From NCBI RefSeq assembly GCF_006345805.1, contig NC_042998.1, positions 25,668,001 to 25,732,000 of the forward strand: a stretch of 64,000 nucleotides of DNA. The letters run 5' to 3'. This document shows positions 1 to 14,600 of the stretch, one piece after another. The notes beneath the pieces were generated by a model that saw nothing but the letters and a program-made list of their open reading frames with translations, was not told the origin of the DNA and did no database searches. The DNA is from Octopus sinensis (taxonomy: Eukaryota). Every line of letters begins with the position of its first letter. The first letter of the stretch is position 1. The translations under genes were made by a program, and so were the position numbers.

Positions 1-979
1 TTACAACGGGGGCAAAGTTGCCAAATTGGGCTACAAGAACTGGGCTATGTTACTAATGTTTTTAGATTAGGTTACATGATATTTGAAAATTCTATTTTTT
101 AAAGGTGACAATTTTAACGAATATTATTGAATTATCAGTAAAATAAATTAGAGCTGACCTACAGGCAATCCTTTGCGTAAGTGTGAATGGGTGTGTGGGG
201 GTGTTTGTGTGGTGGGGGAGGGTGTTATCTTTCTATCTGAATTTGCATTCTGGGCTATTTCTAACATGATCAGTTGCATTTTGAAAAATTTTTTTTGATT
301 TTTTTTTTGTAAATTTTATAAAATTGATGTCACACCTTTTGCATGGGTATGTTGATAGTCGTTAAGGTAAAAATCCAGAATCTGAAGAACTTGGTGATGA
401 TCTTTATTGGCAGCAATTAGATAGCTGAAAGTGAAAGTGAAAGAGAAAGAGAGAGAGAGAGACGGAAGGGGGAGGAGGAGGAGGGAAGTGGTGTTGTTTC
501 TTTAGCTGGAAGCTACTAAATGAGGAGATTGAAGTAAAGGAGTGGAGAGTAATGAAGAAAGAGAGTGTCAGGGACAAAGTGAAAGGGTTAAAAATGAGAG
601 GGAGGGGAGAGGTGTAAGGAAGTCAAAGGAAGGAGACAGAATTCAAGGGGAAAGGTGGAAAGTGCCCCTGGCTGAAGTGGTGGTTAGTATTGACGTGAAT
701 CGCTTAAGATATTAAATAAAAAAAAAAATAAAAAGTTGTAAGATGGTTATGTTGACGCTCCACAAAGAATGGGAGTAACTAATGTTTAGGTGATGGAGAG
801 GATACCATTCCCACAGGAAGACATGAGAGGAATTGTTACCGATGAATTATATAAATGGTAGAATTTATATAAAGAGACATTGTGCTGATGGTGTATGGGA
901 GTTGGTGGGTGAATGGTAACCAAACAAGGAGACGGGGAGAGTAATGGTTAGAGAATTCAAAGAGAAATAGCCAGTACAT

Positions 980-981
<2 letters not shown>

Positions 982-1031
<50 letters not shown>

Positions 1032-1110
1032 TATATATATACATACATACAAACATAAATACATACGTACATACATACATACACACATACATATATACAT
1101 ACATACATAA

Positions 1111-1141
<31 letters not shown>

Positions 1142-1248
1142 CATACATACATATATACATACATATATATATCATACAGACATACATATATACATATATA
1201 CATACATATACATACATACATGCATGCATATATACATACATACATACA

Positions 1249-1282
<34 letters not shown>

Positions 1283-1560
1283 CATGCATACATATATACA
1301 TACAGACATACATACATATATACATACATGCATATATACATGCATACATATATACATACATACATACAGACAGACAGACATACATACATATATACATACA
1401 TACATACATACAGACATACATACATACATATATACATACATACATACATATATACATACATACATACATACAGACATATATACAAACATACATATATACA
1501 AACATACAAACATACGTACATACATACATACATACATACATACATACATTCATACATACA
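982..1560. repeat. (AC)n followed by long (ACAT)n microsatellite
   Basis: Direct reading; explains the MYVC/HTYI ORFs at 836-1649. Confidence 0.97.
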
Positions 1561-1764
1561 TATGTGTGTGCATATGTGTATATATGTATGTTGGTTTGTG
1601 TAGAAGGAGAGCAAGAGGAATTCAGGGCATGTCAGCGGTCAAAGAGTAGAAAAAATTATTGGAAACAGTATAAAAGCTAATTTGTTGTTATAGATCAGCT
1701 TCAAGTCTGCTCTGATCAAGTAGACCTATGATCAAAGGCATTCCACTCATGGCTGATCCATCTC

Positions 1765-3515
<1,751 letters not shown>

Positions 3516-3880
3516 AGCATTGTATATCTAGAACCACATTATTCAATGAGCTTTTCACTTTTTGTTTGTTTTTTCTTTCTCTGAGACATATGAGAAAGAT
3601 TCAGTTGCTATTTCTAGCGGATTCAGCAACCACACTGAGGTTCCCAAATTGGCTCATAAAAAGCTAAGTAATCGTGAGAAGTAAAAGAGGAACAGAGTGT
3701 CTGTGTGTGGGGGGAAGGGGGTGTATAGAAGGACAGCACCTAAAACTGTTTGATATTCTTTCTATTTACTGCATACTGAAATAATCTTATAATTGGTTCC
3801 ATTTTACCAAAGCCTGTAATATCCAACATTTAACATATTTCCTGCAAATTACAGTAAATCTGATCATTTTCTGTTTTTCT

Positions 3881-3911
<31 letters not shown>

Positions 3912-4595
3912 CCCACAACTCTTAGAAAAATATTTCAATTAATTTAATATTCATAACATTCTACTTCAGATATCCTATTCAGCAGATCTTTCATGAAAAA
4001 TATAGATTAGCATTAGATAGATTCCGTTCTTTCTGTACATCTCTGTTCATTGCAATGATGTTATTAAGACAAGTCATTTCATCATTGCACCACATAATGT
4101 CAGTGAATATTTATTCAACATTAGCCATGATTAAATATTGGCTGTAAAGATTTCTAGTTTGTTTATCTTTTCCCTAAATTTCTGATTCTTCCTTATTGTT
4201 ATTACCATATTTCAATTTAATTTACTTACTTTTTCTACTAGAAATATATTAATGTTCAATAAAATACATATCTGTTTCCAAGGCACATCCATGTGATTCA
4301 CTCGAATAATTAATGTTCTTCTTTCCCAACACCCCACTCTCTCTCATTCCCTCTCTTTCTCTTAACTACTCTCTTTCTTTCTCTGCTTGCATGTACCCTT
4401 TTTTCCAATACAATTCAATATTTTCCTGTATACATATGTGCAAATACGTTTGTGTATGTGTGGGTGTGCTATTCAAACTATGTCGGTGCATTCATGTAGA
4501 TAAGTGATGCGACATATATGCTCATACATACAAACATATATATATATGCGTGTGTATATATGTACATGTGTATATACGTATATATATATATGAGT

Positions 4596-4888
4596 GTGGA
4601 GGCGCAATGGCCCAGTGGTTAGGGTAGCAGACTCACGGTTGTAGGATCACGGTTTCGATTCCCAGACCGGGCATTGTGAGTGTTTATTGAGTGAAAACAC
4701 CTAAAGCTCCACGGGGCTCTGGCAGGGTGGTAGTGGCAATCCCTGCTGTACTCTTTCGCCACAACTTTCTCTCATTCTTTCTTCTGTTGGCCTGCTCGCT
4801 TAGCCAGCGGGGTGGCGTCATTTGAAGGCTAAAGCAATGCGAAGCGCATTGTGACCAGCGATGTGTAGCAACATCTGATAGCCTGGTC
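4596..4888 (+). mobile_element. tRNA-derived SINE, family B
   Basis: Head gtggaggcgcaatggcccagtggttaggg...ggtttcgattccc with Pol III A/B box-like motifs. Related copies near 18562-18870, 22608-22980, 31075-31375 (-), 42355-42600, 46725-46850 and 48270-48575. Confidence 0.85.
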
Positions 4889-4996
4889 GGTCACAGTGAT
4901 ATATATATATATATACACACATATATATATATATATATGCACATATATATACATATATACATATATATATAACATATATATATATATATATGTATA

Positions 4997-5172
4997 TAGG
5001 CGTAGGAGTGACTGTGTGGTAAGAAGCTTGCTTCCCAACCACATGGTTTCAGGTTCAGTCCCACTGTGTGGCACCTTCGGCAAGTGTCTTCTGCTATAGC
5101 CGCAGGCCGACCAAAGCCTTGTGAGTGGATTTGGTACATGAAAATTGAAAGAAGCCTGTCATATATATGTGT

Positions 5173-5200
<28 letters not shown>
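4997..5200 (+). mobile_element. tRNA-derived SINE family A, 5' half
   Basis: taggcgtaggagtgactgtgtggtaag...ggttcagtccc head matching the other family A copies. Confidence 0.85.
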
Positions 5201-5203
<3 letters not shown>

Positions 5204-5351
5204 GTGGGGGATGGTGAATGCATATATGCTTGTGTATGTATATTCAAATTATGTAGGTGCATACATGTAGATAAGTGATTATACACATATGCACATACAT
5301 GCATGTATTTATAGATACACAAACATATACATACATGCATATGTATGTATA

Positions 5352-5406
<55 letters not shown>

Positions 5407-5450
5407 TTATATATATATACACATTCATACCTACATACATACATACATAT

Positions 5451-5492
<42 letters not shown>

Positions 5493-5675
5493 ATACTTTT
5501 ATTCTTTTACCTGTTTCAATCATCTGACTGCAGCTGTGCAGGGGCACTGCCTTTAGTCAAACAAATCAATTCCCAGGATTTATTCTTTATAAGCCTAAAA
5601 CTTGTTCCGTCATTCGCTTTTGTCAAGCAATTAGGGGTGGGGGACAAACACAGACACAAAGATGTACACACATAA

Positions 5676-5706
<31 letters not shown>

Positions 5707-5865
5707 CATACAAGTAATAAGAGAGAGACCACATGTGGTCACTCTAACGCTAGAAATAGATCCGCAAAGGGAATCAACCACTAAAGAATTGTTCTCAAAC
5801 ATTAATTCAACACGCCAAGAATGTAAGCGGGCAGGACAAATGAAAAATAACGAAAAAATAGATTA

Positions 5866-5941
5866 ACTCTATACAATTGTTTCATCGTTAATAGATTGTG
5901 TAATTTTACTTACATAATCATTTTCGAATCCTCAGTAGAGT
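5866..5941 (-). ncRNA. Type I hammerhead ribozyme motif
   Basis: Exact reverse complement of the motif at 6253-6328. Confidence 0.75.
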
Positions 5942-6252
5942 ATATCAAAAATATAATTTGCTGAACCGAACACCAAAATCCATACGAAGCCGAGCAAAGG
6001 CGAATGGCACAGCCGATTATATTTGCAGTTACGTTCAGATATCCTCATTCTTGGCACGTCGAAAATACTGGATGTAAATACTACCCCAGTAATTCACTGC
6101 CGGTTTGAGAACATATTAATTTATAATTAAAATCACAATAAGGGTGAAAAAAATTGAATATTAATTAATAACATCAATTTAAAACACCAAGTGGTCTAGC
6201 TCGGCTTCGTATGGATTTTGACGTTCGGTTCAGCAAATTATATTTTTGATAT

Positions 6253-6328
6253 ACTCTACTGAGGATTCGAAAATGATTATGTAAGTAAAATTACACAATC
6301 TATTAACGATGAAACAATTGTATAGAGT
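6253..6328 (+). ncRNA. Type I hammerhead ribozyme motif with extended stem II
   Basis: Stem I ACUCUA/UAGAGU; CUGAGGA; U-UCG...CGA-U closing a long hairpin (GAUU/AAUC, UGUAA/UUACA); GAAA; palindromic stem III CAAUUG; GUA site, predicted cleavage after 6322. Confidence 0.75.
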
Positions 6329-6602
6329 TAATCTATTTTTTCGTTATTTTTCATTTGTCCTGCCCGCTTACATTATTGGCATGTTGAATTAATGCTTGAG
6401 AACAATTCTTTAGTGGTTGATTCCCTTTGCGGATCTATTTCTAGCGTTAGAGTGACCACATGTGGTCTCTCTCTTATTACTTGTATTAATAATTTCTACT
6501 GTATCACAGTTTTTTCACGCTAGACCACTTGGTGTTTTAAATTGATGTTAATTAATATTCAATTTTTTTCACCCTTATTGTGATTTTAATTTATTTATAT
6601 AT

Positions 6603-6651
<49 letters not shown>

Positions 6652-6655
<4 letters not shown>

Positions 6656-7200
6656 CATTATCATCTTTTAACGTCCGTTTTCCATGTTAGCATGGGTTGG
6701 ACGGTTCGACTGGAGTCTGGAAAGCCAGGAGGCTGCACCAAGCTCCAGTCTGATCCACTAGTGTTTCTACAGCTGGATGCCCTTCCTAACGCCAACAACT
6801 CCGTGAGTGTAGTGGGTGCTTTTTACATGCCACTAGCACAGGGGCCAGAGGAGGGTGGTAAATGGCCATGATCCGTTGGTGCTTTTTACGTGCACTCAGC
6901 ATGGAAGCCTGTCAAGGCGGCACTGGCATAGGCCACGTTCGGACGGTGCTTTTTACGTGCCACAGGCACAGGTATCACAACTGCAATTTCCATTTGATTT
7001 TTATTTTGATGTTGATGTACTTGACTCAATACGTCTCCTCAAGCACAGCAGGTCACCCTACAATTAAGGTTAGCACACCAGGCCATCCTGCGAGTCATTG
7101 ACTCACTTCATTTGTCGGGTCTTCACAGTCACAGCATATCTCAGAGGTCTTGGTCTTTCGTCATAGCCTCTGTAAGGCCCAACGTTCAATGGTCATGTAT
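6652..7200 (-). mobile_element. RTE-clade LINE 3' fragment
   Basis: (CAT)n tail plus ttaacgtccg...catgttagcatgggttggacgg 3' UTR shared with the 16034-17130 copy. Confidence 0.8.
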
Positions 7201-7202
7201 AC

Positions 7203-7263
<61 letters not shown>

Positions 7264-7362
7264 AATATATATATAGGGAGAGTTTACGAAAAAACAAAAG
7301 ACAAAGACAGGTGGTGTACAAAACAACAGATGTATTAGTATAATGCTCAGGAATAGAAAAGT

Positions 7363-7398
7363 CTTTTACGTTTCGAACCTACGCTCTTCTACAGAAAG
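7363..7398 (-). ncRNA. Decayed minimal HHR motif
   Basis: Minus strand CUUU CUGUAGA A GAGC GUAG GUUC GAAA CG UA AAAG; core A6 changed to U, so probably inactive. Confidence 0.5.
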
Positions 7399-7494
7399 GG
7401 ACACAGAAAAAAACAAGGAGAGAACAAAAGGAGAGATTGCTATACAGTATTCTCAATGAATAAAAAAAATGAAGCATTGATTCAAATATATTAT

Positions 7495-7523
<29 letters not shown>

Positions 7524-7525
<2 letters not shown>

Positions 7526-8180
7526 GGCGATTTGACGTCTATATCTAGCATGTTGACTGTCCACTTTTCGTGTTCAGTCCTTAATTGGTATATATAAATA
7601 TTTTAATCTTCGGATTCTTTTTTAATATGCTAGACCACTGGTCTTAATTGATAAATATCAATTTCTACCCTTAATTAATTTTATATAAATAAATATGTTC
7701 TCTAACCGATTAATTGACTGCTGCTAATTATTAGCTGCAGGCTAGTTTTCTCGGGTTTCAACGCGCCAGAGTAAAGGCATTTGAAAGATATATTCAAATG
7801 TAATAGGCTGAACTCCATGCACGCGATATTTCGGTATCGTGTTTGCATCTAGTCCAGCAAATTACATTTATAACGGACCATGCTGATGATGGCTGCAGTT
7901 TTCCTTGCGGAAAATAACAGCTGAAACTAATTTAGTACATGGGTAATTATTTTATTTCGTATATTTTTCACTTGTTTATTGCTATGGTTTTGTGTTGAGT
8001 TTGATCTGAGAACATAATCTTTTGTGGCGAATGGCGATTTGACGTCTATATCTAGCATGTTGACTGTCCACTTTTCGTGTTCAGTCCTTAATTGGTATAT
8101 ATAAATATTTTAATCTTCGGATTCTTTTTTAATATGCTAGACCACTGGTCTTAATTGATAAATATCAATTTCTACCCTTA

Positions 8181-8194
<14 letters not shown>
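7524..8194 (+). mobile_element. Terminally redundant 507-bp PLE-like unit containing one HHR
   Basis: 7524-7687 is identical to 8031-8194 (164 bp, offset 507); (TA)n at both ends. Confidence 0.85.
7878..7942 (+). ncRNA. Type I hammerhead ribozyme motif
   Basis: Stem I CCAUG/CAUGG; CUGAUGA plus extra U; 14-position stem II with two mismatches and a UUGC loop; GAAA; stem III CUAA-U-UUAG; GUA site, predicted cleavage after 7937. Confidence 0.8.
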
Positions 8195-8236
<42 letters not shown>

Positions 8237-8279
8237 CATACATACATACATATATTATATATATATATATAATATATAT

Positions 8280-8312
<33 letters not shown>

Positions 8313-8334
8313 TATACATACATATATATGTATG

Positions 8335-8365
<31 letters not shown>

Positions 8366-8509
8366 CTATATGTGTGTGTGTGTGTGTGTGTGTATGTGTG
8401 TGTGTGTGTGCATACATACATATATATTCATATAAATCTAAAGCATGTATATATATTTTTAGCTGTAGTGCACCTGAGCACTTTTTATCTGTAATTTCCT
8501 TCATTATAT

Positions 8510-8540
<31 letters not shown>

Positions 8541-8562
8541 ATATATATATACATATATGTAT

Positions 8563-9540
8563 ATCATCATCATCATCATCATCATCATCATTTAACGTCC
8601 GCTTTCCATGCTAGCATGGGTTGGACGGTTCAACTGGGGTCTGGGGAGCCCGAAAGCTGCACCAGTCCAGTCAGATCTGGCAGTGTTTCTACAGCTGGAT
8701 GCCCTTCCTAACGCCAACCACTCCGAGAGTGTAGTGGGTGATTTTATGTGCCACCGACACAGGTGCCAGACGAGGCTGGCAAACGGCCACGCTCGGATGG
8801 TGTTTTTATGTGCCACCGACACAGGTGCCAGATGAGGCTGGCAGACGGCCACGCTCGGATGGTGTTTTTATGTGCCACCGACACAGGTGCCAGACGAGGC
8901 TGGCAAACGGCCACGCTCGGATGGTGTTTTTATGTGCCACCGACACAGGTGCCAGACGAGGCTGGCAGACGGCCACGCTCGGATGGTGTTTTTATGTGCA
9001 CCGACACAGGTGCCAGATGAGGCTGGCAAACGGCCACGATCGGATGGTGCTTGTTACGTGCCCACAGCACGGAGGCCAGTCGATGCGGTACTGGCTACGG
9101 CCACGTTCGGATGGTTTTCTTATGTGCCACGTGCCACCGGCACTGGTACCACAAAGATACAAATTCCATTGATGTTCATCTATTTTGATTTGTTTTGATT
9201 TGATTTTGATTTTGATTTTCACTTGCCTCAACAGGTCTTCACAAGTGTCACAAGAAGAAAGGTATGCACAGGTGGACTGACTACATCCCAGGTAGGGGCC
9301 ATGGGTTATGGCCTGACTAGTCTTGCCGGGTCTTCGGATGGTGTTTTTATGTGCCACCGACACAGGTGCTAGATGAGGCTGGCGAACGGCCACGATCGGA
9401 TGGTGTTTGTCATGTGCCCACCGCACTGACTACGGCACTGATGGATTTCTTGTGTGCCACAGGCACTGGTACCACAAGATACAAATTCCATTGATGTTCA
9501 TCTATTTTGTCTATTTTGATTTGATTTGATTTGATTTTAT
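8563..9540 (-). mobile_element. RTE LINE 3' UTR fragment with five 62-bp tandem units and an internal partial duplication
   Basis: (CAT)n tail; atgtgc units start at 8746, 8808, 8870, 8932 and 8994; closely related inverted copy at 16380-17130. Confidence 0.85.
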
Positions 9541-10526
9541 GTATATGTATATGTATATGCATATATGTATATATATATATGTATGTATATATATATGTAT
9601 ATACATATATATATGTATATAAATATATGTGTGTGTGTGTTGTATATAGTAAAAGAAATTACCAATATATTTTTGTTCCTGAATTATCTGGATGCATTTA
9701 ATCAAAGTGCAAAACGCAATTTTTTCTTTTTTCTTTTTTCTAATTCATTAATTATTTTGAAAGGTTTGCATCTATTTCATAATTTGCTGACTTTGGTATC
9801 CACATCATCTGAGTGATTCCTTTTTATACGCACAACACACTTATATTTTATTTATTTTGTATTTATGCTGTTCTTCTTTGCAGAAATGTAATATCTTACT
9901 GACATTTTGCACAAACCGCTCATTATATTCTCCTCATAATTTTGGCTCAGTTAAAATTTCCCTGTCACATTATATAGAAGCTTAGAATATCTTGGTTTCT
10001 TTCATAAAATATTTAGTTGTCATTATTACCTTTTACTGAATCACAAGTGCATATCATTGAAAGTAGATGTTGCCGGTCCAAGAGACATGACTCACTTTAT
10101 GAATGATAGCACTGCTTCTCACATTAATGAGATATACATTCATCTCTCACATATTGTTAGTATGCTAGGGCAACATGAAATATCATCAACTTGTAGCTGT
10201 TTCTTCTTATATATTTTATTTCTCATGTGATACATGTGACAACATGCTAGCATGATAATAGAAGACTAGTATCGTAGTCTTTTAGTGGCTGCTAGAAGTC
10301 TAACAGGTGCTTTTTCTAGGCATAGTAATTCCATTAGTCATATTTGTATTACAAACTATTTTGTATCCAAGCTTTACTTCACATCAGGGAGCACAAATTT
10401 ATTTATTAGCAGAGTTTTTTCTTTATTTATACAGCTTACTGCTGTTGGTTATTTACTGCTAATGATTGCTATACAGTATTCTCAATGAACAAAAAAAAAA
10501 ATGATGCATTGATTCAAATGTATTAT

Positions 10527-10785
10527 ATTATATATAAAATCTGAGAAAATACATCATATCTGCTATTATATATAAAATCTGAGAAAATACATCATATCTG
10601 CTATTATATATAAAATCTGAGAAAATACATCATATCTGCTATTCTATATAAAATCTGAGAAAATACATCATATCTGCTATTATATATAAAATCTGAGAAA
10701 ATACATCATATCTGCTATTATATATAAAATCTGAGAAAATACATCGTATCTGCTATTATATATAAAACCTGGGAAAGTACATCAT
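10527..10785. repeat. 38-bp minisatellite, about 7 copies
   Basis: Unit tatatataaaatctgagaaaatacatcatatctgctat; ctgag at 10541, 10579, 10617, 10655, 10693 and 10731, plus a degenerate copy at 10769. Confidence 0.95.
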
Positions 10786-11531
10786 AATGTTAATTTCATT
10801 ATTTTCATCTGTAGATATTCAGAAAGATAAAATGTTAAAATCTAGTGCCAACATTGAACAGTTAATTCTTTTCTTTTCTTTTCATTTAACAGTTGTGTAT
10901 GTGTAAATTTTTCAAGTAGGTGGTATGTATCATTTTTCAAAATGTTAGTATGATATTATGTAAAGGCCGATTCAGACATAATGTGTTTTGGCTGAAATCC
11001 TACACCTTTATTTTAGAAACCCGAAAGTTTGAAGCAAACTTGCAGCATATGGTGATTCATTCATGGAGTCCTCCTCAGTAATTTCGTTTCCTACTCAATT
11101 GCTTCAACATATGCTTACATGTTATTGCATTACATCATCATGTAATTGTTTTCTTTAGGTTGGATTTGAAGTATATTAAAATTAGTTCTCACTTAGTACA
11201 TTGACAGTATCCAACTGGCCTCTGCTATAGTGCAAAATTTCCACTTTCTCTTTCAAGTTGTATGCTCCACCTATTTATTTGCTATTTAATCTTTTCTCGT
11301 TGAAAACCCTGTGCTGAATTCCAACTTGACTGCTGCTGTTTATGAACAAGTATTTTATTCGAATATAATTGAAGAACATAAACCTAAGGAGGGTAGGGTG
11401 TTAAACAGAGTAACCAACAGGTCAGCAATTTTGATTCTGTTATTAATACTGCACTGTTTCTCTTCTGGAGATGCAGAACTCTCAAAGGCTAAGTCCACCT
11501 AACTTTGAAGTGGTTCCAACAGGTGATATAA

Positions 11532-11927
11532 TCTCTCTATATATATAAAGCTGAAGTTGTCTGTGTATGGCAGGTTTGGTAGCCTTCAACTAACACTATC
11601 TCCTCCGAGACCCTGCGGTGCAAGTTCACCAAAATTGAGAGTATGATAGAAGAAGGCTTGCTCTTTCTTCCGTAGAAGAAAAAATTCAAATTGGACTATG
11701 TTAACACCAAAAATTATTTACATCAAAAAGGTGCTTTTTTTCTATGAAAATCCCTATTTTTTACGGGTTTTTGACTGCTGTGTGGCCATTTTTCGGTGTA
11801 TTTCAACCAGAAAAAAATGTTCACTTAAAGAGAATAACAAGCTACATAATGCAAAATTTTTACTTTTCAAAAATTCCAATTCTAAAGGGTCGAAACAAAT
11901 CCGAGCAATGCTGGGCGATGCTGCTAG
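11532..11927 (+). mobile_element. Helitron-like non-autonomous element
   Basis: Starts TC after A, ends CTAG before T, GC-rich subterminal hairpin-like motif, no TSD; second copy inverted at 21947-22336. Confidence 0.65.
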
Positions 11928-12763
11928 TTCATAATTAGTGGCAGAGCTGTAAAACTGCCAACTAATTCATTGGCTTGCAATACTAGGTTCAGTTCTCCCC
12001 TCATGGAGAGTTACCTGCAATAGAATGGTAACCTCTTAAATACCACAGATATGAATGATAAACACCATTCCTTATGGACTGTGACAGATTGAGAAGAAAT
12101 AGACATACAGTTGGTTATTATTTTAATGCAATTATTTGTGATACATATACATTAGATTCAACGTTGGATTTGTAGATATATTCTCAAAATCTTATAAGCT
12201 TGGTGTAGTCTTATCTGTCTTTTACCAGTCTCAGGTAGAGAAGCTCTTGGAAAATATGTTGTCTGCACTCATATCTACTTCAAATAAGATTGCACAATCA
12301 CCTTCTGTGCAGTAGTTTTATGCATTAGATTAATATGCATTTGATGTTCAAGCATAGTTTATTTCTGGTGATATTCTGATGTGCATGCATGCAATTATTT
12401 CCCTACTTCTGATATGTTCTTAAGTAGAAAACTAAAGTATTTTTATCACAGAGATGTACTTGCATAGCAAGGGACCTGATCTGAGATCGTGTGCTGAAAC
12501 AAAAACAATTGCAGCATGGACAATGTTTGTAAGCCATTTAAAAAAACATACAAAAATCATTAGATTCACTTCAACATTTAAATTCAACTTGTGTCAAAAT
12601 ATTTTCGTCACTTTGAGACTGTGACCTGTTCACTGATAAAATTCCATGCAAATTTAAATGTCGAAGTGAATCTAATGGATTTTGTGTGTTTTTAAATGGC
12701 TTATAAACACCTTCCATGGTGCAATTTTTAAAGTATTTTCTTATCCTATTTTTCTTTTGTTTT

Positions 12764-12956
12764 TTTATCCTTTTACTTGTTTCAGTCATTAGACTGTGGC
12801 CATGCTGGGACACTGCATGAAGAATTCTAGTCAAACAAAGCAACCCCAGTACTCTCTTTTTTCAGCCTAACTAATTTATGGGGATGTAAACACACCGACA
12901 CTGGTTGTCAAGCAATTTTTAGGGACAAACACTGACACACAGATACACACACATAC

Positions 12957-13014
<58 letters not shown>

Positions 13015-13465
13015 GAAAGTGGTTGATGCCAGTGCCCCCTAACTGGCTCCTGTGCCAGTGGCACATAAAAAGCACTATCTGAACGTGATTGATGGGTTCT
13101 TGTGCCAGTGGCACTTAAAAAGCACCCACTACACTCTCAGAGTGGTTAGTGTTAGGAAGGGCATCCAGCTGTAGAAGCATTGCCAGATGAGACTGGAGCC
13201 TGATGCAGCCTACTGGCTTGCCAGTCCTCAGTCAAACCGTCCAATCCAAGCCAGCATGAAAAACACACGTTAAACAATGATGATGATGATATATGCAATG
13301 GGCTTCTTTCAGTTTCCATCTACCAAATCTATTCACAAGGCTTTGGTCAACCTGAAGCTATAATATAGAAGACACTTGCCCATGGTGCCACACTGTGGGA
13401 CTGAACCCAAAACCATATGTCTGGGAAGCAAGCTTCTTACCACACACCCCATTCCTGTGCCTATA
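12764..13465 (-). mobile_element. SINE-A interrupted by an RTE 3' fragment (~13015-13290, +)
   Basis: SINE halves flank an RTE UTR that ends in (ATG)n inside the SINE's internal microsatellite. Confidence 0.75.
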
Positions 13466-13908
13466 CTAGCCATTCTTATATATATATTCATATATGTTGA
13501 ATTGTTATTGAATTATTTTCCTTCTATAAAATTAAGAGAATGTTTTTATGTAATCACTTGATTGATATTTAGCAGTTACTGTTTACTTCAAGCTGCCCTT
13601 TTCATCCTCATCTCATCCTCATCTATGTAAAGATTACCCTATCCTGTTTCATGCAATTTCTTATTACTGGGGCACTTTTACCTCTGTTGCAAATGTTTGG
13701 ACTAGATGAATGGTTCCTGTCAATGATATTCTCCCTTCTAAAAATCATGCACGTACACACAAACACAATATTGTTAATTTTGTCTCATAACAGTCAATAA
13801 TTCTTTTATTGAAAGAGTTTCATACTGAAAAATCGTCCAAGTGTGAAAGGTAAACTCACAATCATTGAACACAGCCGCATGGACTTATGAAGACTTATTG
13901 GACAACTA

Positions 13909-14282
13909 CAGGGTGATTCAAAAGTCTCCATACATAGGAAAAATTTATTTTTTTATTATAGACAGTTTATAAGTTCCCCTAGATCCCCTGATCTGACCCC
14001 TCTTGATTTCTGTCTTTGGGGGCATTTGAAAGGTATGGTGTATCACAGAAAGATAAAAGACATAAATCATTTGAAGGAACGCATCACCAAATCATTTGCA
14101 CAAGTATCACCAGATGTGCTATTATGAGTTCACAATGAGAGGAATAAATATGTTGCAATATGTATTCAAAACAATGGTAACCACACAGGGCCTGTTAAAT
14201 ATTAAAAAAACTGTTCTTATAAACTGTTCCTTATAGAAAAAGCTAAATTGTTCCTATGTATGGCGACTTTTGAATTACCCTG
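13909..14282 (+). mobile_element. Internally deleted Tc1/mariner element
   Basis: TIRs cagggtgattcaaaagtctccatacataggaa / ttcctatgtatggcgacttttgaattaccctg; TA on both sides; internal SPRSPDLTPLDFCLWGHLKGMVY transposase motif. Confidence 0.9.
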
Positions 14283-14399
14283 TATATGTGTGTGTACATT
14301 TGTGTGTGTGTGTGTATGTATGTAAACACTCACACACAGACATATTCATGCACTTGGTAGTAAAACACAAAAATTCAGTGTATGTGTGTATATATATAT

Positions 14400-14600
14400 A
14401 TAAAATAAAATACAAAAGGGGACAACAAAACATCCAGATAGACGATACAAAAAAACGGGTCGTTCGAAGCCTTTTATCTTCAGTCAAGAATCGGAGCATC
14501 CTTGCATTTCAGCTGATTAATCTTGAGATTGCTCCAATCTGGCCAGCCCCAAGGAAAAACTAAGCTAAGAGCATTAGATTCCTTGGAAAAAAACATCAAA
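14400..14600. repeat. Unclassified interspersed repeat
   Basis: Inverted homologue at ~25290-25490 (ctcaagattaatcagc...ggggctggccagattggagcaat). Confidence 0.7.

Larger units (their letters stand above)
5708..6590. mobile_element. Non-autonomous PLE-like fold-back element with two opposed HHRs
   Basis: 5708-5995 is the reverse complement of 6199-6486; ~6126-6200 is the reverse complement of ~6512-6587; (TA)n on both sides. Confidence 0.85.

Noticed and set aside
3586-3667. Protein-like exon TYEKDSVAISSGFSNH...
   Set aside because: GAG acceptor, and the core resembles a dispersed repeat also seen near 33170-33200.
4596-4670. tRNA genes at SINE heads
   Set aside because: A/B boxes are present, but they continue into SINE bodies and lack a closed acceptor stem.
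8742-9050. CRISPR-like appearance of the 62-bp array (also the 38-bp and 184-bp arrays)
   Set aside because: Units are contiguous with no unique spacers, there are no cas genes, and the context is eukaryotic TE.
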